Assembly: GCA_951406725.2 (NCBI GenBank)
Contig: OX597833.1
Location: forward strand, 29,140,001 to 29,204,000
Direction of reading: 5' to 3'
From: Octopus vulgaris
Taxonomy: Eukaryota
Length of the DNA: 64,000 nt
A program made the translations under genes and the position numbers. Under the pieces are notes generated by a model that did not search any database, was not told the DNA's origin, and was given only the letters and a program-made list of their open reading frames with translations. Positions 1 through 16,000 of the stretch are shown in pieces (the first letter of the stretch is position 1; each line of letters starts with the position of its first letter).

Positions 1-700
1 GGTGGGCCTTGTTGATGGATGTTATCAGCATCATGCTGTTGGACACTTCCAAAGTAGTGAGGATCAACATCATTCTGAAGGAATACAAAGCACGGAGGAG
101 CAAAAATTAACTTGAAGAAGTTGGTGAACTTGTAGCTCAGTAACTGGGAGAAGTTGTAAGAGGTTGGATCAACAGATCAATAAAAAAAATGCTCAGGATC
201 TGGTTCAGTTCCAACCTGTAGGAGGACCAGTACTGGAACAATGTAACAAGAAAATTGACCAGTCTCACTCAGAAAAAAGACTGAAGAATCTGCTCTTTGG
301 TTTTTTTGTGAAAGGGACATGTTTCATTAATCAGCTGTCCATCTCTTACCAGCACCCTCTGCACAGCATGCTGTAGATGCTGATGCACAGACACATGTTC
401 ACACTTCACTACCTGCAGAGATTCCTGGGCAATGAGCATGTGTAGTGGCCATTCATGAGGCACATCTTTCTGCAGCTTGTCTCTTTGGTGGTGCTGTTTT
501 GAAGCCAGACCGAGCCCCTGGCTTCTTGCTTGTCATTAGGTGCTCACTGCCCTGTACCTCACTGGTAATCTATAGATGGTTAGTGGAGGGAAAGAACAAT
601 GATGTTCTTGGAAATATTTGGGGCATCAGTAAAATTGAACTGGCTGGTCTGTTTTGGAGCTCTTTCAAGTTGGAGATTGTTATGGGCAACTTCTAGAAGT
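1..700 (+). mobile_element. Decayed Tx1/L1-clade non-LTR retrotransposon RT fragment
   Basis: Broken frames read ILKEYKA..GAKINLKK, MLRIWFSSNL, KRLKNLLFGF..KG, QHPLHS, LHYLQRFLG. These match the post-YADD region of Tx1-type RTs and the minus-strand relic at 29060-29560 (GAKIYQEKS, QHLLYGGLG, LQHLQYFLDG). Boundaries approximate. Confidence 0.6.
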
Positions 701-1425
701 CCTTGTCCTGGTGATGCTACTGTGAAGCTGTAATGGTTTGAGATAAATTTTACAGGCATGGAAGTGCCGTTAGATGAGCCTGTTCAAGGTGCATGCAGAG
801 GTGCAGAAAGCATTCTGCATGCTCTTGTTCGGTATCCTAGCATTGTTGATTTGCATAGTCACATTGCTGTCATGTGTGGGACAGATTTAATGACATTAAG
901 ATGATTGTTCTGCCACTTCTTTTAACCAGGTAGGGATGGCAGTTTTCTTGTCTGGTGGCTGTAGCTAAAGAGTTTGCGTAGTGGATAATTCATGCACTTT
1001 CCTTGGGCAATGCTTCATTGACTTTTGCAAGTTTTGCTCGAAAGGGAAGATGAGATTGGAGAAAAAGGTACTGTCCTCAAGTGAATTTATTGACAGATAG
1101 ATGAAAATTATGAAGATGGCAAGTGTGGATGAATGGACAATTAGAGATGGTATTTGCCTTTGGTGTTCAAGCAATCTTTGATGATGGGATTCTTTGAATG
1201 GCTCTGGATAGTGGTCATCCTGTATCAGGAGAATTACATCATGTATACTTTTCATCATTTAATTTTTACTCATTTGATTTTGTATAACCCCTCCCAACAC
1301 ACACACACACACACACAAATCATGTCTACAAAGACAGACTTCATGTCTGTCTTTGTATCATCCCCATCATCCATTACCCTGACGGCAAATATAAAGAATT
1401 TACTACTTCTACTATTCAATTTCAG

Positions 1426-1569
1426 ATTTTACAGACAGTGAAGTAAATTCCCCTCGCACTCCTAAAACTCCCAGTTCTCCAGGAACCTATTCCACTCTAA
1501 GACGTGTCCTTGATCAAAGACGACAGCTCGTGATGAAACTCTTTGAAGAATATGGACTTTTCCCATCAG
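1426..1569 (+). CDS. cic: Capicua (HMG-box transcriptional repressor), penultimate coding exon, N-terminal half of the C1 motif
   Basis: Acceptor ttcaatttcAG at 1424-1425 and donor GTaaca at 1570. The 144-nt phase-1/phase-1 exon translates [47 protein letters not shown], matching the CIC C1 sequence as I recall it ([24 protein letters not shown]). Absent from the ORF track. An alternative AG at 1433-1434 would keep the same frame. Confidence 0.93.
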
Positions 1570-1692
1570 GTAACAATGCCTTTGTTTTTTATTACAATTT
1601 TTGGGGCCCAGAGGTGGATGAAGCACCTATGAGAGGTAGTAGGGTTTGAGGGGTATTGTTACTGATGACATTAAGTGGATGCTGGCAATATT

Positions 1693-2070
1693 CTTTTATT
1701 CTTTTACTTGTTTCAGTCATTTGACTGTGGCCATGCTAGAGTGCCACATCAAGGGTTCTTATTCATACAAATCGACTCCAGTACTTATCTTTTAAGTGTA
1801 GTACTTATTTTATCAGCCTCTCTTGCTGACCCATTAAATTACAAGGATGTAAACACACCAACACTGGTTGTCAAGTGGTGATGGTGGAGACAAACAGACA
1901 CAAAGATACACACGCATGTAGATATATATATATATATATATACAATTGGCTTCTTTCAGTTTCCATCTACCAAATCTACTCACAAGGCTTTGATTGACCC
2001 AAAGCTATAAAAGACACTTGCCCAAGGTGGTTGGGAAGGAAGCTTCTTATCACACAGCCATGTCTGTGCC
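1693..2070 (-). mobile_element. Octopus-type tRNA-derived SINE (OK/OR-like), decayed
   Basis: Reverse complement of the family at 43027-43415 (ttacttgtttcagtcatttgactg...ttctttcagtttccatctaccaaatc...cacacagcc) with a central TA/CA microsatellite. Confidence 0.8.
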
Positions 2071-3379
2071 TACTCTTTTGAAATGTCTTTGTAGTATTAG
2101 GTTCTAGGAGGTTGTGTAAGCTGCTCTTCTGTGATATTACCTTAGGGTAGTTGTGGCTGAAGCTATATGTTGTAGTCAAAGAATGCTATAGTTGCTAATT
2201 CTAACCATTTATCTAACCTAGAAATCTTATCACTATTGGTGTAAGCTAAGGATGTATCCTGTGCATCATTGTTTGATCCTCTGGAAATAACAGCCAAATC
2301 TCCATCATCTCACACTATACTATCTCAAAGAATAAAATAAAAACAAGCTGGATAATGTAGTCCAAGATAAACTTTTTTAAAAGGTAGGATAGTGATGGCT
2401 AGAATTTATTGATCATAGGATTTATTTGATCAGAGCTAACCTGGAGGTAAACTGCAGCTCCCAGTTTTTTTGGGAACTTATTCCACTCTAGGGTGTGTCC
2501 TTGATCAAAAATATATCTTTGGTATTATATTTATCTAACCTAAACACCGTACTCCTAGTGGCGTTACATCTGAGATCCTACATGTGTCTAACCTAGATCC
2601 CACCATTAATTGAATTATATGTCTATAACAGAGTATCTAACCTGGAATTCCTATCATTGCAGGAGTTTCCATTATTAGTATTACATGTCTTTTTTTTTTT
2701 TTCTGATGCTTTTGTGGATTGCCATAACTCTCTATCACGATCCAATTCCATTTTTATGAATTTGAATTGAGAGCTGGAGTCATAGGGAATCTTTCATTAG
2801 CTGATTACACAACCTTGGATGCCACCCCTGTGGATACATTGCAGTTACTCTCTTGGTAGAGCTTAGTGTTCCTGATCGTTGATCTTCTTGGATTCCTCCG
2901 CTCAGCATCAATGTAAGAAGCACTGTTGGCTCAGTTGAGCTCTTCCACTACTTCTTCACAATCCACCATGCTGCAGTCCCATGACTTTGCCATGTCCCTG
3001 GCAGGGTGGCTGAACAGATGCTACACCCTGCCAAAGGGCAGCTTGTAGCTATACAGGGCATAGTCCTCACTCCATGAGGTATCTTCAAAATAACTGCATA
3101 CAATTTAAATTTGAGTTCATTTAAACCAATGAGCCCCAGATCACTTGTTTAGATAGCAAAAGCTGATGTTTTTAACCTTTGCATATTCCTGCTCACAGTA
3201 AATTTTAATGTCCAAATAGGTGTCACTGTCACTTGACAGTTGAGTGGTCACTCTCAGCAAGAGTCATTCTGCTATAAAACGTGTTGATTTACCCTCAAGT
3301 CATCCCTGATTAAATAGGCACATGACTAGAAGCATTCCAACCATGACCATCATGCTTTTTTTGACATAGTCTTTCTTAT

Positions 3380-3620
3380 GAAGGCACATGGTTTATTGGT
3401 TAGGATATTCAGCTCACAATTGTAAGGTCATGAGTTTGATTCCTGGCAGTGCATTGTGTCCTTGAGTGAGAGACTTTTGCTCCAGTTCACACAGCTGGCA
3501 AAATTGAGCAGCACATGTAATTCAAATGGCCAGTCGTGTCATGTTATATATTATAGGTACATGTGTTTGTGGAGTGTTCAGCCACTTGCACATTAATTTC
3601 ACAAACAAGCTATCTGTTTT
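3380..3620 (+). mobile_element. tRNA-derived SINE, second family, decayed
   Basis: A-box-like (tggttagg) and B-box-like (gagtttgattcc) head followed by CORE-like ttgtgtccttgag. Homologous to 58047-58365. Confidence 0.65.
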
Positions 3621-3772
3621 TACATTCTAAGTTCAAATACCACCAAGCTTGACTTTGCCATTCATCCTTTCCTGATTGATGAAATAAATACCAGTGGAAC
3701 ACCGGAGTTGATGTAATTGGCTTACTCCCTTCTCCCCCTCCCCAAACTTCCTGGTCTTGTGCCAAAATTTGA

Positions 3773-4663
<891 letters not shown>

Positions 4664-5400
4664 AGTGTGGAGTGGGGTGAGGGACACACACCCTTCCCTC
4701 TGCATACCACTCCTCTTCACTAAATGGCTTTGTTACATACACAAATATATACATATATATATGTATATGTAGACTTGTATGTATATACATACTCACACAT
4801 TATATATATATTATATATACATATGTGGTTTACTGTTGTCATGGAAACAGAACAAAGTATTTGAAATTAACCTCGTTGGATCTCTATCCCGATCTCCCTT
4901 CTCCACCCCTCCAAGAAAAACAACATACATTTTCATAACTTGTTCCTCCACCTCACTTCTCTGTCCTCCTCTCTTCTCCAGCTCATCCTCTTCTTCCTTC
5001 CTATTGTTGTTGTTGTTATTGTTGTTGTTGTTGTTATCAGTCCAACCAAGGGTATAATGATCAAAGTTTTCCCTGTGAAAAAAAAAGCAAAAAACTTTGT
5101 AGAAACAGACTGATACACACAGATAAACAAACGAAAAAGAAAGTTACATTAAGGAAAGAAAAAAATTTTTTTCTAATTTCTTTATTCATGAACTTTAACC
5201 TGAGAGGTCAACATTTGTGACCTCTCTGTCTGTCTCCACAATGATGTTAAAGATGAAGATGATAATTTGACATATTGATGCAACATACAATGACAGTAAT
5301 GTGGTAGGATGGTGGTGGTGGTGGTGTTTGTAAACTGTAGGTTGGTACTATTTACACATGACCTACCAGGACTATATATGGGTGTGTGCATGTGTTTGTG

Positions 5401-5449
<49 letters not shown>

Positions 5450-5801
5450 GTATAAGGGATGGTTGTTGTGGGTGTGGTTCGTAGTTGTTGCTCTGTTGAG
5501 TAGACCTTTGCCTACAATACTGAATGATGTGGTGTAATACAGTACAAACTGCTAGAGCTTTAGGGTGTGATGATAATGTTCTCTTATGTAATCCACCCAA
5601 AGCTAAAACTCTCTATGTATGTCTTTTTTTCTTTTTTCTTTTTCTTGTGTGTGGACAATTATGTATGCAATCTAGCTTGTCTGAATGTGCATATATACAC
5701 ACACTCACACTCATACACACTCACACACACATTTACATTTTGAGACAGTTAACCACATAAGCTGTCAATATATCCACTGTCAATGTGTCCAGTAACTTCA
5801 C

Positions 5802-5807
5802 AATAAA
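5802..5807 (+). terminator. Candidate proximal polyadenylation signal of cic
   Basis: AATAAA about 1.1 kb after the cic stop, followed by T-rich and GT-containing sequence. Usage unverified. Confidence 0.4.
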
Positions 5808-7695
5808 ACTGTTTTTTTTATTCATACTGCCAAAGTCTGTCATTAGTGTTGGACTATGCAAGGTCAAAGCTTAAAGGCTTGTTGCTATTTTGGTTTCTAT
5901 CTGTGTATTAGGAAACTTCTCACACACTCTATGTCCCCTTCCCTTGGAAGGTGTGAAGTAGCAGAAAATGGAGTTTGCTACCCTAATGTGTGGTATTTGG
6001 GTCTTTTTTTTTTAAATAATTTAAAACGAAATTGTTATATTGAATATTAGGAATTTTTTTTATGGAACTGACAATGTGTATGTGTATCTACATACATATA
6101 TATATGTGTACATATGTCTATGTTTGTGTATGTGTAGTATGGTTCCTTAATCCATATGAGAGAGAGAGATTATGAAGGTATAACATATACAATATGTTGT
6201 ATGTATTATACTCCAAACCAAATTTTCTGCTGCATTTGAACTCATCATTTATATTTCCTTTGTCTTTACTATTCTTTCTTCTCTTCCTCATTTGTAAATT
6301 TATATTCACTCAAACATATATGCACATACACACACACGCACACATATATAATGTGTATGTGTGTGTACATATGTGCGCACACACACACACTTCTCCACCA
6401 GCTCACTGAACTGTCTGTGTGTATGTATTTAGATTTATATGTACACTGTATCATTGGTATTTAAAATGCACATTGATTAGCACATATATTTATGAATTAG
6501 TAAGATATATAAATATATATACATCTTCATTCAAAGCTAATTATTAACTCAGTCGCTATTCCTGAGTAATAATGAAGTGAATAGTCAGCTTTGAATAAAG
6601 AAATACACTCTTATCTTCATGTATTGAGTACTTTTTCCACCATTTGAAATGAATACCCAAAGTCATATATGCTCTCTTCTATATAGGTTAGTTATATTTT
6701 GTTATAAACTGTTCGAAAAATATAGTGGAAAGCTAGTAGCAAAAATAGCAGGTGTACCAGAGTACAAATTAGGATATGGGCCAGACTGAATCTCAGCTTA
6801 CACTCTCCCCGCACCCTCTCATTCTTTGTCTTTTCTATATGTCTATGAGCATACGTCTATTTCACATATAGAAATGTGCAATATGTATTTATACACACAT
6901 ATACAGCATACAAACTGAGGGATGAGGTACAGTGCTGTTTTCAGACCCATTCAATATATGCTAATGTGGTGATTCAGGCACAGAAAAAATGATGATGATA
7001 TGCATCTCACACACATACAAACACACACCTCATCCATGCATGCCTACCAGATAAGACTAAATAATCTTCTTTAAGATTTGGATCCATTTATGAAAAATCT
7101 TCGGAAGATTTTTTTTTATGTGTCAATTCTTTGATCTCCTTCTACACACTTTCTATCTGTTTCCTCTTTTTTCGTTATATACATACATTCATGGGTGCAT
7201 GCATACATATGCATGTAATTGTGTGTGTGCGTATGTGTATACACACACACACACACACACACACATGGTTGTATGTGTTTGTGCAAGTTCATATCTTCTA
7301 AGTTTTACAATTTAGTTAATCTGCTTTCATCTACATGCATACACACTACTTTTTCTTCTTCCATGCCTTACCTCATCCATAATAAAAGTTCCTTCACTTT
7401 GACTCCTCTTCCATCACTTCCTTTGATGTCCTTTGCTACCCCATCATACAAATATCAATGCAGCCTCTCCTATTCTACTCTTTCTGTTACTAGTCTGATA
7501 TTATTCTTCACTGTTGGAAACTGTTGCACTCTTTCATTCCCACCATTACCACCACACCCTCTAGCACCAGGAAGAAGAGGTGGGGTTGGGCACAAATTTT
7601 TATCTACCCTACTCCCATCCTACCTCACTCATTTTTTTTTTCAGTTGGTCCTTCCCACTTGTCCTCTGTCATTGACCTCACCTTCCCATATACAT

Positions 7696-7732
<37 letters not shown>

Positions 7733-9433
7733 GCTCTGTGTGTGTGTGACTTACAAGCTTCTTTCACCTAAATGGAGGGTAATTTAACTGTCGCACAAAG
7801 ACATTTATATTCATATAAGGTGTGTAACTAATGAAGATGTATGTAATGGTTGTAGATGCTCATATTTCCTTTTAGCTTATCTTGTTTGTCATATATTTTC
7901 TTCTGAGGTAAATATTTATGTCCACACATTTACATATCTGCTATACGTTTGCTTTGTTTGTGTGCAGTGTGCATGCATGCATGTCATAGGAAATATGGAA
8001 TGACATATAAACAGAAAGCTGTAAGTGCATCAGCTAGGACATAAAATGATTCGGTGGGGTTGTGTCAATAGATGCAGTAGTCTAATCTTGTGCAACCTTT
8101 GCCATGGTGAAATAACAAGTATAAATCATGATGATGACAATCAGTTAGTTGTCATATTAATAATAATTATGCCTCTATGTATCAGAGTAGCTGGCATACT
8201 GTACTCCTCTCCTCATACTTCTGACTATTCCTTACTGGACTTTATTTGTTTCAAACAGTATTGCTAATGGTGTATTGTTGTACCTCAAGCATCTGAAAGT
8301 TTTAGCGAATTTGATTATATTTCCAAAAATTCCAAACAATTTTTGTTGATTTTTATCAGCTTTGGCAGCCTTTTCACTAAAACTCTGCTTCCTCTCTACA
8401 TATGTGTGTGTATGTATGTATATATATATATATATATTTATATATATAGTGTGTATTTCATATACAGTATTGTGTTGTTGAAAGTAATTCTTGTCTCATG
8501 GCAGCTTTCCATTCTTTTAACTTTTGGTCTCCTGCCTCTGCCTTCTCTCCTTGCTAAATTTTTCTGACATCAAAAGCCCCTTTGGATTTGAGCATCAGAA
8601 TTTTGGCAGGAACAATCTAGAATATGGAACAACTTGTTGATCTTTTAATACTACTAGCCGTAGTTGCCATTAAGGTTTATAGCTAAATCATATAACAACA
8701 GCACATCGTTCTGAAGATTGTTAGTGAATTTTAAATATTAGTAAAATAACAACAACTATAATTATTTATAGTCATAATTAAGAAGGTGGAATTAATGAAA
8801 ACAATAGACTGTCACACTTTATTTTTTTGTCTTGTGCATGTAGAGGTAGTGAAAAGATTGGCAGGTCCATAATGTGAATACTGCTTTCTTGGTCTTCTTT
8901 TATGTTGCCCATTCAGAGAGAGAAGAAATCAGTGGCAGTCCTTGACTTATCAACCTCATGTAGATATCTTACATTGTTTTACTTTTGTCTCCCTCAACAT
9001 TCTGATTGCACACCCTGCCAAGGAGTGTCATACAGTTAGGTTATTCAGATAACTACTCTATAGTGTAAATTTCAGCCTTGTGCCTAATGAAAACAAATAA
9101 GTCATTAATAAGATAATTGATACTGGGGCCCAGTGACTAAGTTTAAAGTCCTGGACTACTACACCCATAATTATAAGTTCATATTTTACCATAGCACAAT
9201 CATTATATCATATTTTTGAGCAAGACATAACACTGTTTGTTTCAGTTTGCCTTAACTGAACAAAAAGGAAGTGTGACTCTAGTTCCTACTTCACAATTAA
9301 GTGGTTAATTGTTAGATGGGACATCTCCTAAACTGTAACTGTATTCACTCTAATACAAAACAAACCATCTAACCCATAGTCCAGGTTGTAAATCAAAAAG
9401 AAAATATTGATTCTTTGGCAGTACAAATTTTGT

Positions 9434-9564
<131 letters not shown>

Positions 9565-10590
9565 TGCTTAATAGAGGCAAACTAAAACAAGAAAAGTTCC
9601 CTTTTTTTTTCTTTTTACATATGTAGCTGAATTTATGCGTGATTGTATTTTCTACCTTCAACAGTTCAAAAAGAATGCTGTTTGTAGCTTGTCAGTGGCA
9701 TAGTTATGTGTTTGTAGCCAAAACATGTAACTCTCACTGTTTACCAAGCTCTAAGAAGGCATCACAATGTGATATAATTCACTATACTGTGTCTACTTAA
9801 ATATCAACAACTTAGTGTACCAAGCAGTAAGTACCACAGTATAATAGTATGCCAAGCCAAGACACTTAACTGTCTACAGCCCAGTCTATCAAGTTTAAAT
9901 AGATACCCAGTATAACTGACTGTGCTGTATTGTTTGCAAGTCTGGAACAACTATCAACAACTCCATCAACTGAGAGGTAAATAGGCATTTGTAGTGTGTT
10001 ATAATTCACTGTACTGACTGACTAGCTGTAATTAGGTACCACAGTGTGGTGTAGTTCACTGCTATCAGTAGCAGAAACACCATTCCAGAATTAACAAGCA
10101 ATTTGTTAGATTGTTGTACCAGAATCAGTTCTTCTGTCTTCTCATGAGAAAATTTAGCTGAAAGATAGATGTTTCTTATCAATTTGGTGGATTCTTGTAA
10201 TTCAGAGGTAAGTTGCTTTGGCATAGTTCCCAAACATTTTGTTTCTTCACTAAACAATCTGATTGGTTGACTGACAAGAGAGCACCACATCAAGCTACAG
10301 CTGACTGCAGGCCACCACATCAAGCCATAATCTGATCACAAGTCACATCTGATCTTAGACTGCTATGCTCTGATTCTACCTACTTTCCTCACATCCATAA
10401 ATTAAAAACTAACCTTGTTTTTATAGTATGTGTGGGTGGAGAGGGATTGATTTAATATTTTTAAATTATAATTTTGCTTATATTTATATTTTTCCTTCTT
10501 TTCTCCCTTACCATTTCATCTTGCAAACATATATGATTTCTTTTCTTGTTTAGCCCCTCAATCTTCCTTTTTGGAGTTTCATCTTCACCA

Positions 10591-10727
<137 letters not shown>

Positions 10728-12013
10728 CAAAATAAGTATTACAATTCCCCCTTTTATCCTACCCTATAAATCTGAGGCTCCATTATGCTTTTGTAAGAGA
10801 CTGTCATTTTCTTTATTAACATGAGCATTATTTTTAAGGTGGTTGATGGCAGAATTTGGTAAAGCAGAGGACAAAATACCTTGTGATATTTAGTTACATT
10901 CCTTTACATTCTGTATTCAAATCCTGCCATGGTCGACTTTACACCACCCCAAGGTCAATAAAATAAAGTACCAGTCAAGTACTGGCATCAATGCCACCCC
11001 ACTTCTCAAATATTGCTAGCATTTTGCCTAATTCAATAACAGTTATTATTGTTGTTATTATTCAAGGTTAACTTTGTTGTTCATCCCTCCAGGTCAATAA
11101 AGTACCAGTCTAGCACTGGGGCTGATGTAATTGACTAACCCCTTCCCATCAAAATTGCTGGCCTTGTGCCTAAATTAGATACAGCTCTTATTATATAGGG
11201 CCATGGATTGGCAGATTCCATAAGTGTAGCAGACAAAATATTTTGTGGAATTTCTTTATGTTCTGAGTGCAAATCCTACAGAGGTTATTATGTAAAATAT
11301 TTTCAGTCTGATAAAATAAGGTACTTGTCAGATACAATGTTCACTAAATTGACAATACCTTCTCTCTACATTTTTATCATTTTTGCTTCAGCAGTTTGTA
11401 AATCTTTTCAATTGTAAACAAAAGGTTTTGTTTTTATCTCATTATGTTGTTCAGAATGATATTAATGTCGGAGTATCCTCATTCTCCTTTATCCTCTAGA
11501 AGCACAGTATTGGAACAACTGTAGTTTTAATTTGGAGAATAAAGGCCTTTACCACTCAAAAAGAGGCCCCTATAAACTAAATTGTTGATGCAGTTTGGAA
11601 AGGTATACTTGCTCCAATATCAACATCCAGAACATGAATTCTCTCCTTCAATATTTGTTTGTTTCTATGTAATACACTTTGTTATAACAATCTACATATT
11701 TAAACTTACACACACTCACACACACACGCACATTTTTACGTTAGACAAACACTTTCTATGCACAACTGTTTGATTCAAGTAATGTTGACCACTGTACAGT
11801 CAAATGATTTTGACTGTAACTGTCCACTACACATCTGTTTAGTTCAAGTAGACAGTTGTTTGGTTTAAGTAATTTTGACCTATTGCCATCAAGCACCACC
11901 ATATTTACTAGTTTAAAATCTGATTGAGAAGCTATTCTAGAAAGTTCTACCCCAAAATTCTGTCCTGAAATCTATTCTAATTCTTATCTTTTCTACATGA
12001 TAAAGAGTTATTC

Positions 12014-12059
<46 letters not shown>

Positions 12060-12208
12060 CCTCCCTCTCTCTCTCTCCCTCTCTCTCTCTCTCTGATGAA
12101 CTTCTTGTCTAAGGTCCTGTCATCTTTTTCCATCTTCCTAAATACTTCGTAATGATGTTCAGTTTATATGACAATATTGAAAAGCTTGCCTAAATATTGT
12201 TTGTTTGA

Positions 12209-12361
<153 letters not shown>

Positions 12362-12659
12362 TAGCCATATCACTGTGTTATATACTACTATACAATGAAA
12401 ACAATGCTGTTGCCTATTACACCATACCATCTTACAGAAGTGAAATGGTTGACTGGTGTTTACAACCAACTCAAAGGTTTCAAGTTCAAATCTGTACCAA
12501 GATATTCAGAGTCAAACTCATAAAACAGAACAAGATTATTTTGAATTGGTATACAATGTAAGTTGAGTTAGATGAGAATATCGGAATCGCATAAATTCAT
12601 TGATTTTTTTTTTTCCTTTTTTCTTTTGTTCTTTTGACACTGTGAAAGCTTCAACACTT

Positions 12660-13065
12660 GTCATCGTTATCAGCATTAACTCATATCTGAGTAGTTAATC
12701 CGTCGCGAGTGATTGAGCTTCATCTTGATGGGTTTGTTGGGTGCCAATGTCTGAGATGGCTGTTCTATAGAAGAGCTGCAGGCATTTATTGCAAGGGAGA
12801 GTGAGTCACTCTTTGCCTCTTGACATCTGTTGTTTTACATCTGGCCTATTTCTTCGGCAATGATATGCTGTCACTTTGGGCAGTCCTTAGCAATTGTCTC
12901 CCAAGTACTTGGGTCATGGAGACAGCAGAGGAGAGTGGCCTTGAGCTGGTCTTGGAAACAGAATTAAGGGGTTCCACATGGTCTGGTGCCTGAGGCTAAC
13001 TCCACAAAGAGGAGTTGATGGGAAATGTGTTTGAGGCATATATACATATGATGTGTTTCAACCAG
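12660..13065 (-). mobile_element. 3' fragment of a BovB-like RTE LINE
   Basis: Minus strand reads LHWLKHI...QLLFVELASGTRPCGTP.FCFQDQLKATL...DPSTWETIAKD, then a CNKC zinc-finger remnant, typical of the RTE/BovB C-terminus. Confidence 0.7.
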
Positions 13066-16000
13066 TGGAGGTGGGGACATGCCATGATAACTTTGGTGTT
13101 GGACAGTCTGGCCCTGAGCAGAACCTCTTCATTGGTATTATAGTCATTCCATCAAATCCTCATGATTGTGCAAAGTTTGTGCTGGTAGAAACATTTGTCA
13201 CGTCAATACACATTGCAGAGTACTTCATGGAGTGCATTCTTTGGCAGAGCTCCCATTGGATATATCAATGAGTATTAATGTTTTCTTCTTAGTTTAAAGC
13301 AGTGTAGAGTTCTTCATCAACAAGAGAATATTACAAAATGTGGCTTCATGATCTGCAGCTCAGTTCATATACAGTCATTACAAAAAAATGATCCCTATAG
13401 TCTGTGACTTAGTTCATACAGTCTCCTTTATAAATAGGTGACTACTATGGTCTGTGGATCAGTTCCACTGTAACAAATTATTGTTCAACTGTATTTTTAT
13501 ATATTTATCTGCTTGTGATGTTGTCTCTTCAACATCTTACTCTCGTATGAAGACAAAATTGAATACTTTTGTGTGTCAACCAAGTTATTATTGGTAGCAA
13601 AATATGAGGGGACTGAATATTAATAAATCTTATCATTTGTGTTTTAATATAATCTTTGGATGATGTCCCTAGCAGAGCATATATTATTTTGCATAATCTT
13701 ACTTTTATACACACACATAGACATGATTGGTTGGTGCCTACAGTGCTATAGATATAAACCCAACTGATTGTTGGCTCTCATAGCTCTTCTCCACACATAC
13801 ATAACCTTATTCATCCATCCCCAGCTTTAAACTGAGGGAGAGGAGGAAACAATTTGTCTTCTCTAGATTTTCTTTAGACATAACAAAACTGAAAAAAAAT
13901 TAGTAAACAATAATTATATAATTCAGGGGTTGCCTAAAAGGTTTAGCTTTACAAACGAGAAAATTTTATGTTCGCGCGCACACATGCACATTCACTGAGT
14001 GAACAAATGAAAGGAAGCAGCACTCAGCACATCTGATCATGATCATCATAATCATCATCATCATCATTTTAACATCCACTTTTCTATGCTTGCATGGATC
14101 AGATGGAATTTGTTGAAGCAGATTTACTATAGTCAAATGCTTTTCCTGTTACCAACCTTCACCTGTTTCAAGCAAGGTAATATTTCCCCATGGCCAGACA
14201 TGCTTATTCAGAACACTGTAAATGGATGCCACTGCTTGTATGATAGTGACAATCATTTGTAACTCCCATGTTATATCAAGGAAACACAAACACATGCACA
14301 TATGCGTATGTATATAATGGGTTTCTTTCAATTTCCACTCATCAAATCCATTAGCAAGGCTTTGGTAGAAGACATTTGCCCAAGGTGTCATGCAGTGGGA
14401 CTGAATCTGAAACTATGTTCTTGGAAAGCAAATTTCTTAAACAGACAGACAGACAGATGTGTATATGTATGTGTGATTGTATATATTACATGTGTGTGTG
14501 TGTGTTGTTTGGCACCTTTTATCTGTTACATTTTTCCATATTGCTGCAGCATGTTCACAAACAAAGGAATAGAAATTTCTTTAGTCACCATACTAAAAGG
14601 CCGCACCTTCAGTTATTTCATGTATCTGTGTGTTGTTGTATAACTACTAACCTGCCAGGTTAGCCTCAATCAAGCAGATATTGTATGTAGTCAGCTCTAC
14701 TCTAATAGACATATGATGTAGTTTGCATCTCTAATATTCTGTATTTCTGTTAAAGCATGATGTACATTCTGACATTTAGGAGTTGGTCTTTTAGTGGTTG
14801 GAGTTGGGCTATGTTGTTGCATCTGTTTTGCCATTTATTCGATACCTATGTGAGTGAAGTCTTTTAAGATGACCATTATTCACAAAATAAGATATGTATG
14901 CCTTACTGCTTTCTTGTTTTTGATTCTTTAAATGATTGACCAGGTTTGGACTCCTGATCATTAAATTGTGGTTTCAATTTCTGGGCCAGGTGATGTGTTA
15001 TGTTCTTGAGCAAAATACTTTATTCCACTTAGCTGGCACAAAAATGAGTAATCCTGCGACAGACTGGCAACCCATCCAGGGAGTTAATATATATGCCACA
15101 AAAACTGAGAAACTGGCCCTGTGTGTCTCTAAAACTCAGGAAGGATATTGTCTAGTACCTTAATAACTCTGCCACTCCTATGACCATTACTAAGTTTGAA
15201 ACAAATAATGGGTTTTTGATTTTGTGTTTTAGTTTTTATATTTTATATTTTTCTTTATTAGTATGGTCTGGATGAAAGGATTGTACCCAAAGTCATTGCT
15301 CCCCATCCAAGACCAATGAAGTCAATGTACTGAATGTTCTTATGAACTGCCATTGAGAAAACATATACTATGAGAAAATAGCCCCCAGGTTAAATCTATG
15401 ATTAAAGGCATTCCAGATGTGACCATCCTAACTTTTGTGCATCTAGTGATACATTATCAAATATGCCATTTTCTCTTTTTTGGACTGCAATGTGATTCTT
15501 TCACAAAGATTTGGCTGCTATTTCTAACAGGTCTGCATAGAGGTTCAAGACTATTATCATTAACTAAAGTATTCAAATAGCTTTTCTAGGTTCTGTTTCC
15601 TCTATACTGTGTATGTGTGTGTATTTTACACACACACACACAATTGTACACACTTAATGTTGTAGGAGAATGGTAGGCTACCAACTAGTTCAGCCAGCTA
15701 CAAGGTCTCAATTTATTGTTCTAACTATTTGTGTGTGTGTGTGTGTGTTTAAGTGTCTACCTAAAGTTGTGTAAATGTGTAATATTTTTAAAATGTTGGA
15801 TGATGGTACATACAGAAAGCTGACTGAATTTGACATATTTCTATATAATTGTCTATTATATGGTTATATATATACACATAGGAGCTATTATTACGAGAAA
15901 ACCTCTAACATTCACTCACTCTTCTATCTACTCCATCTCTGACATTGACAATACTGGCTTTGGGATATCTTTATCATCATCATCATCATCATACCTCCAT

